A stretch of 57,340 nt of DNA from the NCBI GenBank assembly GCA_038214755.1, contig JBBQRQ010000022.1, positions 1 to 57,340 on the forward strand, written 5' to 3'. Of the stretch, positions 56,984-57,340 are shown one piece after another. The notes below the pieces were generated by a model, which did not search any database, had not been told where the DNA came from, and worked only from the letters and a program-made list of their open reading frames with translations. The translations under genes and the position numbers were made by a program. Position 1 is the first letter of the stretch; each line of letters starts with the position of its first letter. This DNA comes from Verrucomicrobiota bacterium. Lineage in GTDB: Bacteria; Verrucomicrobiota; Verrucomicrobiia; Limisphaerales; CANJXF01.

Positions 56984-57340
56984 ATGAACCCGGCCGACTC
57001 GAAGGAAAAGCAAACGCACAATCCTGTCTCTGAGGAGTTAAATCAATTAGCCCGGCTCCGCGAGCAGCGTGATGATTCCTCGAACAAACTTCTGCGCAAC
57101 ATTAAGCAACGCTTGCCGCAACTGGAGGAATTGCTGGCACGGGTCGAAGATCACTGGGGCATTGAGGACGGCTTTTATCGTTTTTATCATCACTCTTTCA
57201 AGGTCTATCATCTTCAATATGCAACCAAAGAAATCTGCGACGCCTTGCAAGGCCTGCTACCCGACCATCCAATGAATCGGTGGTTTTCGGAAATCGTCGC
57301 GCAAGGCACCGGCATTGAATTTGAAAGCTCACACAATAAA
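56984..57340 (+). CDS. hypothetical protein, partial (runs off window)
   Basis: Manual translation MNPADSKEK...HWGIEDGFYRFYHHSFKVYHLQ...MNRWFSEIVAQGTGIEF, open to the edge. Confidence 0.7.
   Translation, partial: MNPADSKEKQTHNPVSEELNQLARLREQRDDSSNKLLRNIKQRLPQLEELLARVEDHWGIEDGFYRFYHHSFKVYHLQYATKEICDALQGLLPDHPMNRWFSEIVAQGTGIEFESSHNK

Noticed and set aside
54916..57340. Classical integron cassette array
   Set aside because: No integrase in the window, and I saw no attC-like RYYYAAC...GTTRRRY elements between the cassettes.

Overview
Bacterial chromosomal window. The gene families and repeats resemble Verrucomicrobia/PVC, which is an inference. Housekeeping backbone: recR-ybaB-dnaX-ffs, glgC, three CNNM/hemolysin-family genes, lemA-TPM-TPM-fdhD, LysR plus an ABC transporter, rmuC-ridA-iscX, purU, a gspE...gspD secretion block, citrate synthase and sucC. 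An IS3-family element interrupts a TPR gene at the left edge. Many intergenic gaps hold palindromic repeats (REP-like GTAG/GGAG palindromes, 7-mer and 9-mer tandem-repeat palindromes), often nested. At least six intact or decayed toxin-antitoxin modules are present. The most striking pattern is that small cassettes sit at gene junctions bracketed by duplicated pieces of the neighbouring gene termini. The clearest case is a chimeric [VOC 5' end]-[sucC 3' end] junction at 55317-55409. A sucD 5' stub, an rmuC 3' copy and a perfect 30-bp gene-end repeat fit the same pattern. This suggests cassette accretion at operon junctions without a local integrase. A GxxExxY gene is enclosed by 9-mer repeat arms that also occur as empty elements. 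All calls come from reading the sequence and motifs; no database searches were run.
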